A stretch of DNA of 64,000 nt from NCBI GenBank assembly GCA_026708055.1, contig JAPOVS010000054.1, positions 61,697-125,696 on the forward strand. Direction: 5' to 3'. This document shows positions 43,589 to 52,675 of the stretch, in pieces. Source of the DNA: a bacterium (GTDB taxonomy: Bacteria; Actinomycetota; Acidimicrobiia; Acidimicrobiales; CATQHL01). The notes beneath the pieces are model-generated. The model saw nothing but the letters and a program-made list of their open reading frames with translations, searched no databases and was not told where the DNA came from. A program made the translations under genes and the position numbers. Position 1 is the stretch's first letter, and each line of letters begins with the position of its first letter.

Positions 43589-44557
43589 TCAGGACAGGTG
43601 GTCCAGCAGCAGGTTGACCAGGTCGCTCTCGAACTGGACGGCGCCGAGGATGCGCCGGCCGGTGGTGTCGAGCAGCCAGAAGCTGGACCAGGCGGGCGCC
43701 GGGAAGTGGTAGTAGTTCGTCGGCACCCGGGAGTCGCTCAACAGCATCGTGAAGGTGATCCCGTAGGTGTCGACGAAGGCCTGGTTCGTCGCCAGGTCAC
43801 CGGTCGAGCCGATGCCGACGACCCGGAGCCGGTGGGAGTTCTCTCGAGCGAACTGCTCGATGGCCGGAGCATGGCTCTGGCAGGTGCCTCAATAGGGGCT
43901 CCACAGCCAGAACAGCAGCGGCGTCCGGCCGGTCACGACCGAGCGGATGTTCGCTGTCTCGCCGGTACTCACGTCGACCATGTCGAAGTCGAGCACGTCC
44001 TCGGAGACCTGCACCACGCCCAGGTCGCTTCCGGCGGTCCTCGCGGCGAGCGTCACGGTGACCGGCGCACTGGCCAGCCAGCGGCCCGCCTCCGCGTCTG
44101 CGGGGAAGAACCGCCGCGCCGGCAGGAGCCGCTCGCCCCAGGTCTCACCGGGAAGGCGTTTCTGCAGCGCGAACTCGATGCGATCATCGGCCAACCGCTG
44201 CACGACCACGCGCACCTCCCCCGCCACGTAGGCGGAGGTGGTGCCCGCGTCGGCGGTGATCGTCAACGCAGAGCCGGCTAACCAGACGTCGGCCTCTGCT
44301 CCCGGAGGCAGGAACCGCCGCGGCGGCTCCGCCGACGCGCTCCACGGCTCACCATCCTCGCGGAACTGCACGACGAACTCGACTCGGCCGTCCTCGTGGC
44401 GCTGCGCCAGGATCCGGGCCTCGAGTTCGTGCGCGGCCGGCTGCTCGGTCACCTCTTGGGCGCGGACGGCGACGGGAAGCCCGGCCACGCCCAGCCAGGC
44501 CAGCAGGCCCACCATGACGGCCCGCCAGAGTCGTCCCCGGAGCGGGCGGGACCTCAT
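43589..44557 (-). CDS. secreted N-module (x2) + TlpA/ResA-like thioredoxin-fold protein with in-frame TGA at the CxxC nucleophile (candidate selenoprotein; alternatively a pseudogene)
   Basis: The ORF stops at TGA 43889-43891 in ..PLLFWLWSPY-TGA-GTCQSHAPAIEQF... The same frame stays open for 99 more codons with a redoxin-like sequence, ending at TGA 43589-43591. Confidence 0.6.
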
Positions 44558-44787
44558 GTCGAATCCACCGACAACTGCGCCACCACCGCCGGAGCGTACG
44601 GCAGATGAGAGCCGCCGGCGCGGTTATCGCCGCTCCCGCTCGTGCTAGAGTCCAAGGCGAGCAGGAGCGGCGGTGAAGGGCCGAGTCCAGGCTAACCGCC
44701 GCCCCTGCTCTACGTCGGGCGCTACCCCGACGCCCCCGCAACGCTAACTGCCCCAGTCCTCCGGCCGCGTCGCTCTGCCGCCGGGGA

Positions 44788-44814
44788 TCGGATTCCGGGC
44801 TCGGCCGCAATGAC
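44788..44814 (+). repeat. REP/MITE-like element, degenerate
   Basis: TCGGATTCCGGGCTCGGCCGCAATGAC. Confidence 0.55.
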
Positions 44815-44857
44815 GATTCGGTGTCCCCGGCGACCGGTCACGATGGGTAGACCGGCG

Positions 44858-46279
44858 CTAGACCATCGGGAACTTGGCTTTGTCGGGCAGGCCGGAGCGG
44901 GCGCAGATGGCCTCGCCGGCGGCCTGGCAGTCCGCCCACAGCCGCTCCTCGTCGATGGTGGTCATACAGCCAGCGTCGACTACCTGGTTGCCGTCCACCC
45001 AGACGCTGTGCACGCCGCGCCCGTCTGCCGACCAGACGAGTTGGCTCATGACGTTCAGCAGCGGGCGCCACTCGGGCCGGTCGGTGTCGTGCAGCACGAT
45101 GTCGGCCTTCTTGCCGGCCTCCAGCGAGCCGATCTGCTCCTGCGCCTGCACGGCCCGGGCGCCGCCGAGGGTGGCCATCTCGTAGGCCATCTCGGCGGGG
45201 AACATCTGCGGATCGCAGCGGGCGTCCTTGAACAGTCCGGCCACGAGATAGGTGGCGCGCATCAGGTCGGAGTAGTTGGAGGCGTTGTTGCCGTCGGTGC
45301 CGATGGCCACGTTCACCCCGGCGGCCATCATCTCGGGCATCTTGCCGACCTGGGTCACGCCGTAGGCCACCTTCAGCGCCGTCGTGGGGCAGTGCGCCAC
45401 CGAGGCCCCGGTCTCGGCCAGGATCCGCACTTCACCGTCATCGACCCGCACGCAGTGGGTGATGGCCACGTCGTCGTCCAGGACGCCCAACTCGGCGAGG
45501 TGCACGATCGGGCGCTGACCGAACTCGGTCAGGAAGGCGTCGGGGTCCAGTTGCGCGGGCGACATGTGGAAGCTGAACCCGGCCCCGGCCTCGGTGGCCA
45601 GTTCCCGGGCGGCCCGCCACAGCGGGTCCGAGGCGGTGTTGTGGCCCACCAGCACGACATGGCCTCGAATGCGCCCCCCGGCCACCGAGCCGTGGCGCTC
45701 CAGCACGGCCTGCAGGTTGCCGATGGCCTCGTCGGTGTTCTGGCGGTACACGTCGGGCTCGGGCGGCAGGTCCCACACCCAGCGGCCCACCCTTCCCCGG
45801 ATACCCGCCTCGACGAGCCCGTCTACCACGTCGTCCAGGAACCGGACCGTGCCGGCCTCCAGGAAGCAGGTGGTGCCCGAGCGCAGCATCTCGGTGGCCG
45901 CCAGCTGCGCCGAGATGCGCTCGTCGGCGGCGGTGTAGCTGGCGTAGAGCGGGCAGAGCCAGCCGAAGACGTTCTCCGCGAAGTCGATGTCGTCGGGCAC
46001 GTAGCCGCGGGTGAGAGGCTCGCCGGTGATGTGGATGTGGCTGTTGACCATGCCGGGCGTGGCCACGAAGCGGTCGCCCCCAGCCTTGGTCGCCGCCTCG
46101 TACCGGGCGCGCAGGTCGGCTTCGGGGCCGACCGCCACGATCTCGCTGCCGCGCACCGCCACCGCGCCGCGGCGGACGATGTCCCGCCGCGGGTTCATGG
46201 TGACGACGTGACCGGCCCGGATCAGGAGGTCGACCGGTTCGGGACGGCCGGAGCCGTTGCTGTCGTTGGAGGATGTCAC
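44858..46279 (-). CDS. amidohydrolase family protein (aminohydrolase/deaminase-chlorohydrolase type)
   Basis: VNSHIHITGEP metal-binding motif and GTDGNN. The GTG at 46279 is preceded by GAGAGGCGGG. Confidence 0.8.
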   Translation of the reverse strand: MTSSNDSNGSGRPEPVDLLIRAGHVVTMNPRRDIVRRGAVAVRGSEIVAVGPEADLRARYEAATKAGGDRFVATPGMVNSHIHITGEPLTRGYVPDDIDFAENVFGWLCPLYASYTAADERISAQLAATEMLRSGTTCFLEAGTVRFLDDVVDGLVEAGIRGRVGRWVWDLPPEPDVYRQNTDEAIGNLQAVLERHGSVAGGRIRGHVVLVGHNTASDPLWRAARELATEAGAGFSFHMSPAQLDPDAFLTEFGQRPIVHLAELGVLDDDVAITHCVRVDDGEVRILAETGASVAHCPTTALKVAYGVTQVGKMPEMMAAGVNVAIGTDGNNASNYSDLMRATYLVAGLFKDARCDPQMFPAEMAYEMATLGGARAVQAQEQIGSLEAGKKADIVLHDTDRPEWRPLLNVMSQLVWSADGRGVHSVWVDGNQVVDAGCMTTIDEERLWADCQAAGEAICARSGLPDKAKFPMV

Positions 46280-46349
46280 GTTCCCGCCTCTCGGTCTTGT
46301 TGGGGATGCGTTCGGTCGCTCATTCGCAGCACCTGCGTCACGCCGGACT

Positions 46350-46376
46350 CTGGATTCCGGCATTCGCTGGAATGAC
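46350..46376 (+). repeat. REP/MITE-like palindromic element (short form)
   Basis: CTGGATTCCGGCATTCGCTGGAATGAC, followed by GGAGTTGTGGATCGACACTACTCAGC. Confidence 0.8.
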
Positions 46377-46446
46377 GGAGTTGTGGATCGACACTACTCA
46401 GCCGACTGGCGGGAGTTCGGCTGTGGCCTGGGCATCGCGCCGGACC

Positions 46447-46497
46447 CTGGATTCCGGCCCCGGATCGAGTCCGGGGCGGGCTCTTCGCCGGAATGTC
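46447..46497 (+). repeat. REP/MITE-like palindromic element (long form)
   Basis: CTGGATTCCGGCCCCGGATCGAGTCCGGGGCGGGCTCTTCGCCGGAATGTC, followed by GGAGCGGTGAATCGACACTACTCAGC. Confidence 0.8.
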
Positions 46498-46543
46498 GGA
46501 GCGGTGAATCGACACTACTCAGCAAAGCCCGTGCGCCGGAGCG

Positions 46544-47617
46544 TCACGTCGCCGGTTTGGTCGCCACGAAGATCTGCTGGGCCTCTATCGGCTCGATCAG
46601 GCGGATCTCGGTGAAGCCTGACTCCCGCAACCAGCTTGACATCTCCTCGTAGGTGAAGGCGGTGCCGCGCCGGGTGCAGGCCGCCATCGTGGCCGCCATG
46701 AACACCCCTTGCGGGCTGCGGCTCGGATCGTCGCTGCGGAAATAGTCCGACACCAGCACGCGCCCGCCGGGGCGCAAGCCGTCGGCGGCCCGCCCCAGCA
46801 GCGCCCGGGTACCGTCGGCCCCCTCGGTGCGGCAGACGTGCCCGAGAATCACCAGGTCGAACGCCCCGTCCTCGAGCCCGACCGTGTGATAGTCGCCGGG
46901 GCGCAGCTCGCAGCGCTCTTCCACTCCGGCCTCGGCGAGGCGCGCCCGGGCAACCTCCAGCACCTCGGGCAGGTCGTTCACGACGGCGTGACCGTCGGGG
47001 CAGGCGCGCAGCACGGCGATGCTCCAGGGCGCCCCGCCGGCGCCGAGGTCGGCTACCCGCGGCGCCGTGAGGTGGCTGTAGGAGATCCAGGCGTCGGCGC
47101 GCGTTGCGGCGCGCAGCACCGTGCCGAACGTACCCTCCACCAGCGGCACCCAGAATCCCGCCACGTCGCCGTCCACCGGGCGCGCGGGCTCGCCCCGGCG
47201 GATCGTGGCAGCCAAATCGGTCCAGTTCTCGGCCGGACCGGGGGCGACCGACACCAGGTCGGCCATCGGAGCGGGGCTCTGTTGGCAGAGGTAGCGCCGC
47301 GAGCAGTCGTTCAGGTCGAACCGTCCGCCGTGGCGGTCCAGCAAACCGAGCACGACCAACGCGTCGGCCAACGCGGCGGTGTGCGACGCCGAGGCGCCCA
47401 GGTCGTTCGCCAACTCTTCGGGCCTCCGCGGTCCGTGATCCCAGAGCGCGTCGAAGAGCCCGAGTTCGATCGCCCCGGCCAGCATCCAGTAGGCCCCGAG
47501 GCCGAAGATCACGTTCCACACCGGCGCCGACGGGGCGGGTTTCACGTCGGTCCAGGGGCGGCCCGTGCGGGCCATCGTGTGGGTCTTCTTCAGCTCCGGG
47601 TAGGGGGAGTCGGCCAC
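46544..47617 (-). CDS. SAM-dependent O-methyltransferase (family 2 with N-terminal dimerisation domain)
   Basis: VADLGAGGAPWSIAVL (SAM motif I) ... LRPGGRVLVSDYF. Confidence 0.75.
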   Translation of the reverse strand: MADSPYPELKKTHTMARTGRPWTDVKPAPSAPVWNVIFGLGAYWMLAGAIELGLFDALWDHGPRRPEELANDLGASASHTAALADALVVLGLLDRHGGRFDLNDCSRRYLCQQSPAPMADLVSVAPGPAENWTDLAATIRRGEPARPVDGDVAGFWVPLVEGTFGTVLRAATRADAWISYSHLTAPRVADLGAGGAPWSIAVLRACPDGHAVVNDLPEVLEVARARLAEAGVEERCELRPGDYHTVGLEDGAFDLVILGHVCRTEGADGTRALLGRAADGLRPGGRVLVSDYFRSDDPSRSPQGVFMAATMAACTRRGTAFTYEEMSSWLRESGFTEIRLIEPIEAQQIFVATKPAT

Positions 47618-47677
47618 GGCGCGACCCTAGGAACGCGTCCAAGGATCGGCTGCAGGTACGAGGTGAGCCGCTGGACG

Positions 47678-47728
47678 CTGGATTCCGGCCCCGGATCGAG
47701 TCCGGGGCAGGCTCTCCGCCGGACTGAC
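47678..47728 (+). repeat. REP/MITE-like palindromic element (long form)
   Basis: CTGGATTCCGGCCCCGGATCGAGTCCGGGGCAGGCTCTCCGCCGGACTGAC. Confidence 0.8.
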
Positions 47729-47763
47729 GGAGGACGCGGTCTGCCACATGACTCGGTTGTGCT

Positions 47764-48798
47764 TCAGGGCCGCAGGACGATCTTGCCGAAGAGATCGCTG
47801 GCGAGCATCCGCTCCTGGGCGGCGGCCGCCTCGGAGAGGGGCATCACCGAATCCACCGGCGCTGTGAAGTCACCCCCGCAGTACTGCGCCCAGACGGGGC
47901 CGAACTCCTCCGGGCGGTACGGGTCCGAGCCGATGATGTGCAGGCCCATGTGGAACAGGTGCCCCAGCGACGGGATCGTTACGGAGTCGCCGGTGGTGTT
48001 GCCGCAGTTCACGAGCCGGCCGCGGACGCCGAGGGAGAACATGGAGGCCTCCCACAGGGCCGGACCGACGTGTTCGAAGACCATGTCCACGCCAGCGCCA
48101 TCGGTTTGCGCACGCGCCCAGCCCGCGATGTCGGTGGTGCGGTTGTTGGCGGCCGCCGCCGCCCCCAACTCCTCGGCCCGGGCGCACTTCTCGTCGGTGC
48201 CGGCGGTCGCAAGGACCCGCGCGCCGGCATCGACAGCCAGCTGGATCCCTGCCGTGGACACGCCGCTTCCGGCCGCGTGGATGAGGACCGTCTCGCCGGC
48301 CTGCAGCTTGCCCACGTCGAACAGGGCGTGCGCCGCGGTCATCCAGCAGGTGGGGAACACGACCGCCTCGTCGAAGCTCATGCCGTCGGGAATCGGGAAG
48401 ACGTGGCTGGCGGGCGCGAGGCACAGCTCGGCGTAGCCACCGTCGGCGGTGGCGCCGATGATCCCCAGCTCGCCATAGAGGTCGCCGCGCCCGGCGAGGC
48501 GCGAGTCCTCCCGCACCCCCGCCATCGACGGGTCCACCAGGACCCGGTCGCCGACCGACACGTCGTCGACGGCCTCGCCCACGCGGGCGACCACCCCCGC
48601 CACGTCCATGCCCGAAATGTGCGGGAGCGCGAACCCCGGCATGGTGAAGTAGCCCGCCCGCTGCACGATGTCGAGACGGTTCAGGGCCGTGGCGGCGACC
48701 TGCACCACCACGTCCCCCGGCCCCGGCTCGGGGTCGGCCACGTCGGCATAGCGGAGCACCTCCGGGCCGCCGTGGCTGTCGTGGAGGACGGCCTTCAT
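47764..48798 (-). CDS. zinc-binding/MDR-family quinone oxidoreductase
   Basis: ATG at 48798 (MKAVLHDSHGGPEVLRYADV...). Contains a GAGSGV nucleotide-binding motif. Confidence 0.8.
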   Translation of the reverse strand: MKAVLHDSHGGPEVLRYADVADPEPGPGDVVVQVAATALNRLDIVQRAGYFTMPGFALPHISGMDVAGVVARVGEAVDDVSVGDRVLVDPSMAGVREDSRLAGRGDLYGELGIIGATADGGYAELCLAPASHVFPIPDGMSFDEAVVFPTCWMTAAHALFDVGKLQAGETVLIHAAGSGVSTAGIQLAVDAGARVLATAGTDEKCARAEELGAAAAANNRTTDIAGWARAQTDGAGVDMVFEHVGPALWEASMFSLGVRGRLVNCGNTTGDSVTIPSLGHLFHMGLHIIGSDPYRPEEFGPVWAQYCGGDFTAPVDSVMPLSEAAAAQERMLASDLFGKIVLRP

Positions 48799-49733
48799 CG
48801 CAGGCCCCGGATGAACGGGCGAGCCAGGGACTGCGGCTCGCGGGTGCGGTGCGCGAAGAGCGCCATGACGCAGATGGTTAGCACAAACGGCAGCGACGAC
48901 AGCAGCTCCGAGTTCAGCGGATGACCCACGACCGGCAGGCTCAATCTGAAGGAATTGGCGCTGCCGAACAGCAGGCAGCCCAGCATCGCCCCCCGCAGCG
49001 TCCAGCCGCCGAAGATCACCGCGGCGATGGCGATGAACCCCTGCCCGCCCACTATGGCGTCCTCGAACCACCCCACCTGGCCCAGCAGCAGGTAGCCGCC
49101 GCCGAGGCCCGATGTGACGCCGGCGATGTAGATGGCCTGGCGCCGCCGGGCGTTCACGTCGATGGACGACACGTCGGCCGCCTGGGGGTTCTCCCCCACC
49201 GCCCGCACCTCGAGGCCCCAACGCGTGCGGTAGACGAGCCACCAGGCCAGCGGCACCAGCGGGTACAGCAAGTACAGCGGCCAGGGCTGGCCGAACAGCG
49301 CCGGCCCCAGCAGCGGGATCTCCACCAGGCCGGGAACCTCGAAGACGTGCGCCGTGGCCGTGGTGGGCTTGAGGCTGCTGTTGAGGAAGCTGGCGAGGCC
49401 GAGCACCAGGATGTTGAGCGTCAGGCCCACCACGAACTGGTTGGCCGTGAGATTGTGGCTGAAGTGGGCCTGCACGGCGCCCACCAGCAGGCCGGCCGCC
49501 GCGCTGATCAACAGGCCGACCGCCACCGATCCGGAGGCGTCGTAACCCATGGCCGCGGCGAAGGCGCCGGCCAGCATCGCCCCCTCCACGGAGATGTTGA
49601 TGGTGCCGGCCCGCTCGGCGATCCACTCCCCCACCGCCACGAACGCCAGCGCCACCGCCAGGCGCCAGCCGCTGCTGTAGGTGGTCTCGCTGGAGAGCAC
49701 GTCCCCGACCGCGGAGAAGAAGTCGCCGACCAT
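48795..49733 (-). CDS. ABC transporter permease (BMP/nucleoside-type system)
   Basis: Multi-pass membrane protein. Its stop overlaps the downstream ATG (ATGA). Confidence 0.8.
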   Translation of the reverse strand: MVGDFFSAVGDVLSSETTYSSGWRLAVALAFVAVGEWIAERAGTINISVEGAMLAGAFAAAMGYDASGSVAVGLLISAAAGLLVGAVQAHFSHNLTANQFVVGLTLNILVLGLASFLNSSLKPTTATAHVFEVPGLVEIPLLGPALFGQPWPLYLLYPLVPLAWWLVYRTRWGLEVRAVGENPQAADVSSIDVNARRRQAIYIAGVTSGLGGGYLLLGQVGWFEDAIVGGQGFIAIAAVIFGGWTLRGAMLGCLLFGSANSFRLSLPVVGHPLNSELLSSLPFVLTICVMALFAHRTREPQSLARPFIRGLR

Positions 49734-49787
49734 GACCTAGGAGCGTGCTGAGTAGTCCATGGGCCGCGGCGGTCGGGTGGCCGGGCT

Positions 49788-49814
49788 CTGGATTCCGGCC
49801 TTCACCGGAATGAC
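49788..49814 (+). repeat. REP/MITE-like palindromic element (short form)
   Basis: CTGGATTCCGGCCTTCACCGGAATGAC, located between the two permease genes. Confidence 0.8.
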
Positions 49815-49849
49815 GTGTCGGGGTGTCGGGAGCATTGCTCAGCAGTCTC

Positions 49850-50977
49850 CTAGACCCTGTCGGCGGCCGCGGCGAGCGTTCGCCGCCGGTCCCGGACGAA
49901 CAGGATGGCGGGTGGCACCAGCAGGGCCAGCACCAGCAGTGCCTGCACGACCTTCGTGATGTCGCGGTCCACACCGGTCGCCGCCAGGAATCCCGACCCG
50001 GTGCGCAACGCGGCGAAGACGAACGCAACCGGGACCACCGCGAGCGGGTGATTCCGGCCCACGAGCGCCACGAGCAGTCCCTCCCAGCCGATGTTCACCG
50101 GGTAGTTGGGGGTGAGCCGGTAGTTCCCGAAGTCGCCGCCCGCCAGCATGAACGCCCCCGCCAGCCCGCAGAAGGCCCCGGAGACCACCAGCGCCAGGCC
50201 GCCGTAGCGCGCCTCGCTGACACCGGCCCGGTGCGCCGTGCGCGGGCCGCGGCCCAGCATTTGCAGGCGGAAACCCACGATCGTCCAGCGCAGCACGAGT
50301 GCCACGAGGATCGCCAGCAACAGCGCGACGAAAGCGGTCATGGGGAACTCGTTGCCGAACCAGTCGAGGCGGGGTATCCGTGTGTCCGGGCGCAACCGTT
50401 CACTGATCAGGTTCCGGTTGGCCTGGTCCGGAGTCGGATCCAGCAGGAGATTCTTGTTCTTCAGGCCGTAGCCCACCGCCTGCGCCGCGACGAACACCAG
50501 CAGAAGCGTGGTCAGCACCTCGGGCATGCGCCGCTGATAGCGCAGGACCGCGGCGATGCCCGCCCAGATCGCCCCGCCGGCCACGCCGGCCAACATGATG
50601 AGGAACAGCACGCCTGGACCGCCCACGCCGATGTGGGTCGCGACGTAGGTTCCGAGCGCAGCACCGACGAACAGTTGCCCCTCTTGGCCAAGGTTCACTA
50701 GCCCGGCTCTGGCGTTGATGATCGTGCCGAGGGCCACCAGCAGCAGCGGAATGGCCACGCCGATCGTGGTGCCCCAGCGCCCCGGGCCGCGCACGCTGCC
50801 GTCCAGCAGCGCCGACAGCACGCTCGTCCACGAACCCCCGGTGGCGAGCAGCACCAGCGCAGCCACCACGAGTGCGACGGCGATGCTGCCGAGATAGATG
50901 CCCAGCACCGTGGCGCCCTCACGGGCACGGTCGTAGCGCGCGTTGCCGGCACGCGCGGCGGCGTCCACGGAACTCAC
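49850..50977 (-). CDS. ABC transporter permease (BMP/nucleoside-type system)
   Basis: Multi-pass membrane protein. Overlaps the stop of the ATPase gene. Confidence 0.8.
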   Translation of the reverse strand: MSSVDAAARAGNARYDRAREGATVLGIYLGSIAVALVVAALVLLATGGSWTSVLSALLDGSVRGPGRWGTTIGVAIPLLLVALGTIINARAGLVNLGQEGQLFVGAALGTYVATHIGVGGPGVLFLIMLAGVAGGAIWAGIAAVLRYQRRMPEVLTTLLLVFVAAQAVGYGLKNKNLLLDPTPDQANRNLISERLRPDTRIPRLDWFGNEFPMTAFVALLLAILVALVLRWTIVGFRLQMLGRGPRTAHRAGVSEARYGGLALVVSGAFCGLAGAFMLAGGDFGNYRLTPNYPVNIGWEGLLVALVGRNHPLAVVPVAFVFAALRTGSGFLAATGVDRDITKVVQALLVLALLVPPAILFVRDRRRTLAAAADRV

Positions 50978-52578
50978 GAGGCCGCCTCCTCCTGTGCGCC
51001 GCTCATCAGCAGCCCGAGCCGTTCGACATCGAGGTTGGCGCGATCCATCTCACCGACGATCCGCCCCCGGAAGATCACGACGATCCGATCGGCGAGGTCC
51101 AGCACCTCCTCCAGTTCCGTGGAGATGAGGAGCACGCCCACGCCGCCTGCCGCTGCCTCCCGGAGGCGCTCGGAGACGTACTCGATGGCCCCGACGTCGA
51201 GTCCCCGCGTCGGCTGGGCCGCCACCAGGATCGCGGGGTCGCCGCTGAGCTCACGTGCCAGCACGACACGTTGTTGGTTCCCGCCCGACAGCGACCACAT
51301 CGGGGCATCCGCTCCGGGCGTCTGGATCCCGAACTGCTCGATGAGCCGCTCGGCGTGTACCTGGCGGCCGGCGCGGTCCAGCAAGGCGCGGCCGGCGCGG
51401 TCGAGCAGGGCCCGGCCCGTTCGGGCTCGCGGCGGCGAGACGAGCGTCAGGTTCTCGGCCACGGTCATGTCCAGCACGCACCCGGACTCGTGGCGATCCG
51501 CCGGCACCACCGCCACCCCGGCAGCGGCCATCGCGCCGGCACGACCGGTCGGCGGCTCGGTGTCACCAACCTGCACCGTGCCGCTCTCGAGCGGGAGCAG
51601 GCTGGACAGCAGATCGCTGAGCGCGGCCTGGCCGTTCCCCTCCACGCCGGCGACCCCCACGATCTCTCCCGGGTACACCTCGAGAGACAGTCCGTCCAGC
51701 AGCGTGCGCCCGTCGCGGCCGCGGGCCGTCGCACCGCGGACCTGTAGCACCGGCGGGGATCCGGCGGCTCCGGCCGTGCTGCCGCTCGCCGTTCCCTGCG
51801 CCGCCGCGCCGTCCTCGAAGCCCTCGATGTGACCCAGGGCCGCGCCTTCCGAGCGCAGCGACACCGGACGCCCCACCATCGCCCGCGCCAGACCCGGAGC
51901 GTCGGCGTCGGCGGTCTCCCGGCGATCCACCACGGCGCCGGCACGCATAATCGTGATTCGGTCGGTTGCGGCCAGCACCTCGTCCAGCTTGTGGCTGACC
52001 AGGGCGACCGCCTTGTTCTCCTGTTCCACAACGCGGCGAAGCACCGCGAACAACTGTTCGGACTCCCCCGGCGTGAGAACCGACGTGGGCTCGTCGAGGA
52101 TGACGATCGCCGGATCGCGCCGCAGGCACTTGATGATCTCCACGCGCTGGCGCAGGCCGGCGCTCAGGTCGCTGATTCGCTCGTCGGGGTCGATCGCCAG
52201 GCCGTAGCGCTCGCTGATCTCGCCGACTCGCCGCTTCGCCGCCGCCGAGTCGAGGCGGACGCGCTCGCCAAGGATGACGTTCTCCCAGACCGTGAGCGGC
52301 TCCACCAGGCTGAAGTGCTGGTGAACCATGCCGATGCCCAACTCGGCGGCCTCAGCGGGATCGGTGATGCGACACTGGTCGCCATTGATGCGGATCGCGC
52401 CGGCGTCGGGCAGCACGAGGCCGATCAGCACCTTCATGAGCGTCGACTTGCCGGCACCGTTCTCGCCGAGGATCCCGTGGATCTCGCCGCGCTCCAGCGC
52501 CAGATCCACGCTGTCGCAGGCAACCACCGCGCCGAAGCGCTTGGTGATGCTCTGCACCTCAGCCGCGGGTGAGGTCAT
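50974..52578 (-). CDS. ABC transporter ATP-binding protein, duplicated ATPase domains
   Basis: ATG at 52578. Walker A GENGAGKST, signature LSAGLRQRV, and a second half with LSGGNQQRV. Confidence 0.85.
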   Translation of the reverse strand: MTSPAAEVQSITKRFGAVVACDSVDLALERGEIHGILGENGAGKSTLMKVLIGLVLPDAGAIRINGDQCRITDPAEAAELGIGMVHQHFSLVEPLTVWENVILGERVRLDSAAAKRRVGEISERYGLAIDPDERISDLSAGLRQRVEIIKCLRRDPAIVILDEPTSVLTPGESEQLFAVLRRVVEQENKAVALVSHKLDEVLAATDRITIMRAGAVVDRRETADADAPGLARAMVGRPVSLRSEGAALGHIEGFEDGAAAQGTASGSTAGAAGSPPVLQVRGATARGRDGRTLLDGLSLEVYPGEIVGVAGVEGNGQAALSDLLSSLLPLESGTVQVGDTEPPTGRAGAMAAAGVAVVPADRHESGCVLDMTVAENLTLVSPPRARTGRALLDRAGRALLDRAGRQVHAERLIEQFGIQTPGADAPMWSLSGGNQQRVVLARELSGDPAILVAAQPTRGLDVGAIEYVSERLREAAAGGVGVLLISTELEEVLDLADRIVVIFRGRIVGEMDRANLDVERLGLLMSGAQEEAAS

Positions 52579-52675
52579 CGAGCGAGGAGTTTCCTGCGCG
52601 TGCGGCAGGCCCGCCTTGGGAGTCCCATCCCCCGGTGGCGGGCCTGCCGTCTCGTCTGTTCGACTGCTGCGGTGT

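Noticed and set aside
44620-44740. Possible tRNA-Sec (selC) or SRP RNA next to the TGA-containing gene
   Set aside because: No acceptor/T-arm cloverleaf, no GTTCGA-type T-loop and no UCA anticodon loop could be drawn. The SRP GGAA/AGCA motifs are absent. It is kept only as an unclassified structured region.
47764-50028. 754-aa single ORF spanning the oxidoreductase gene and a permease gene
   Set aside because: The upstream 410 codons are an out-of-frame shadow of the permease gene at 48795-49733. The MDR enzyme starts at ATG 48798, which is coupled to the permease stop.
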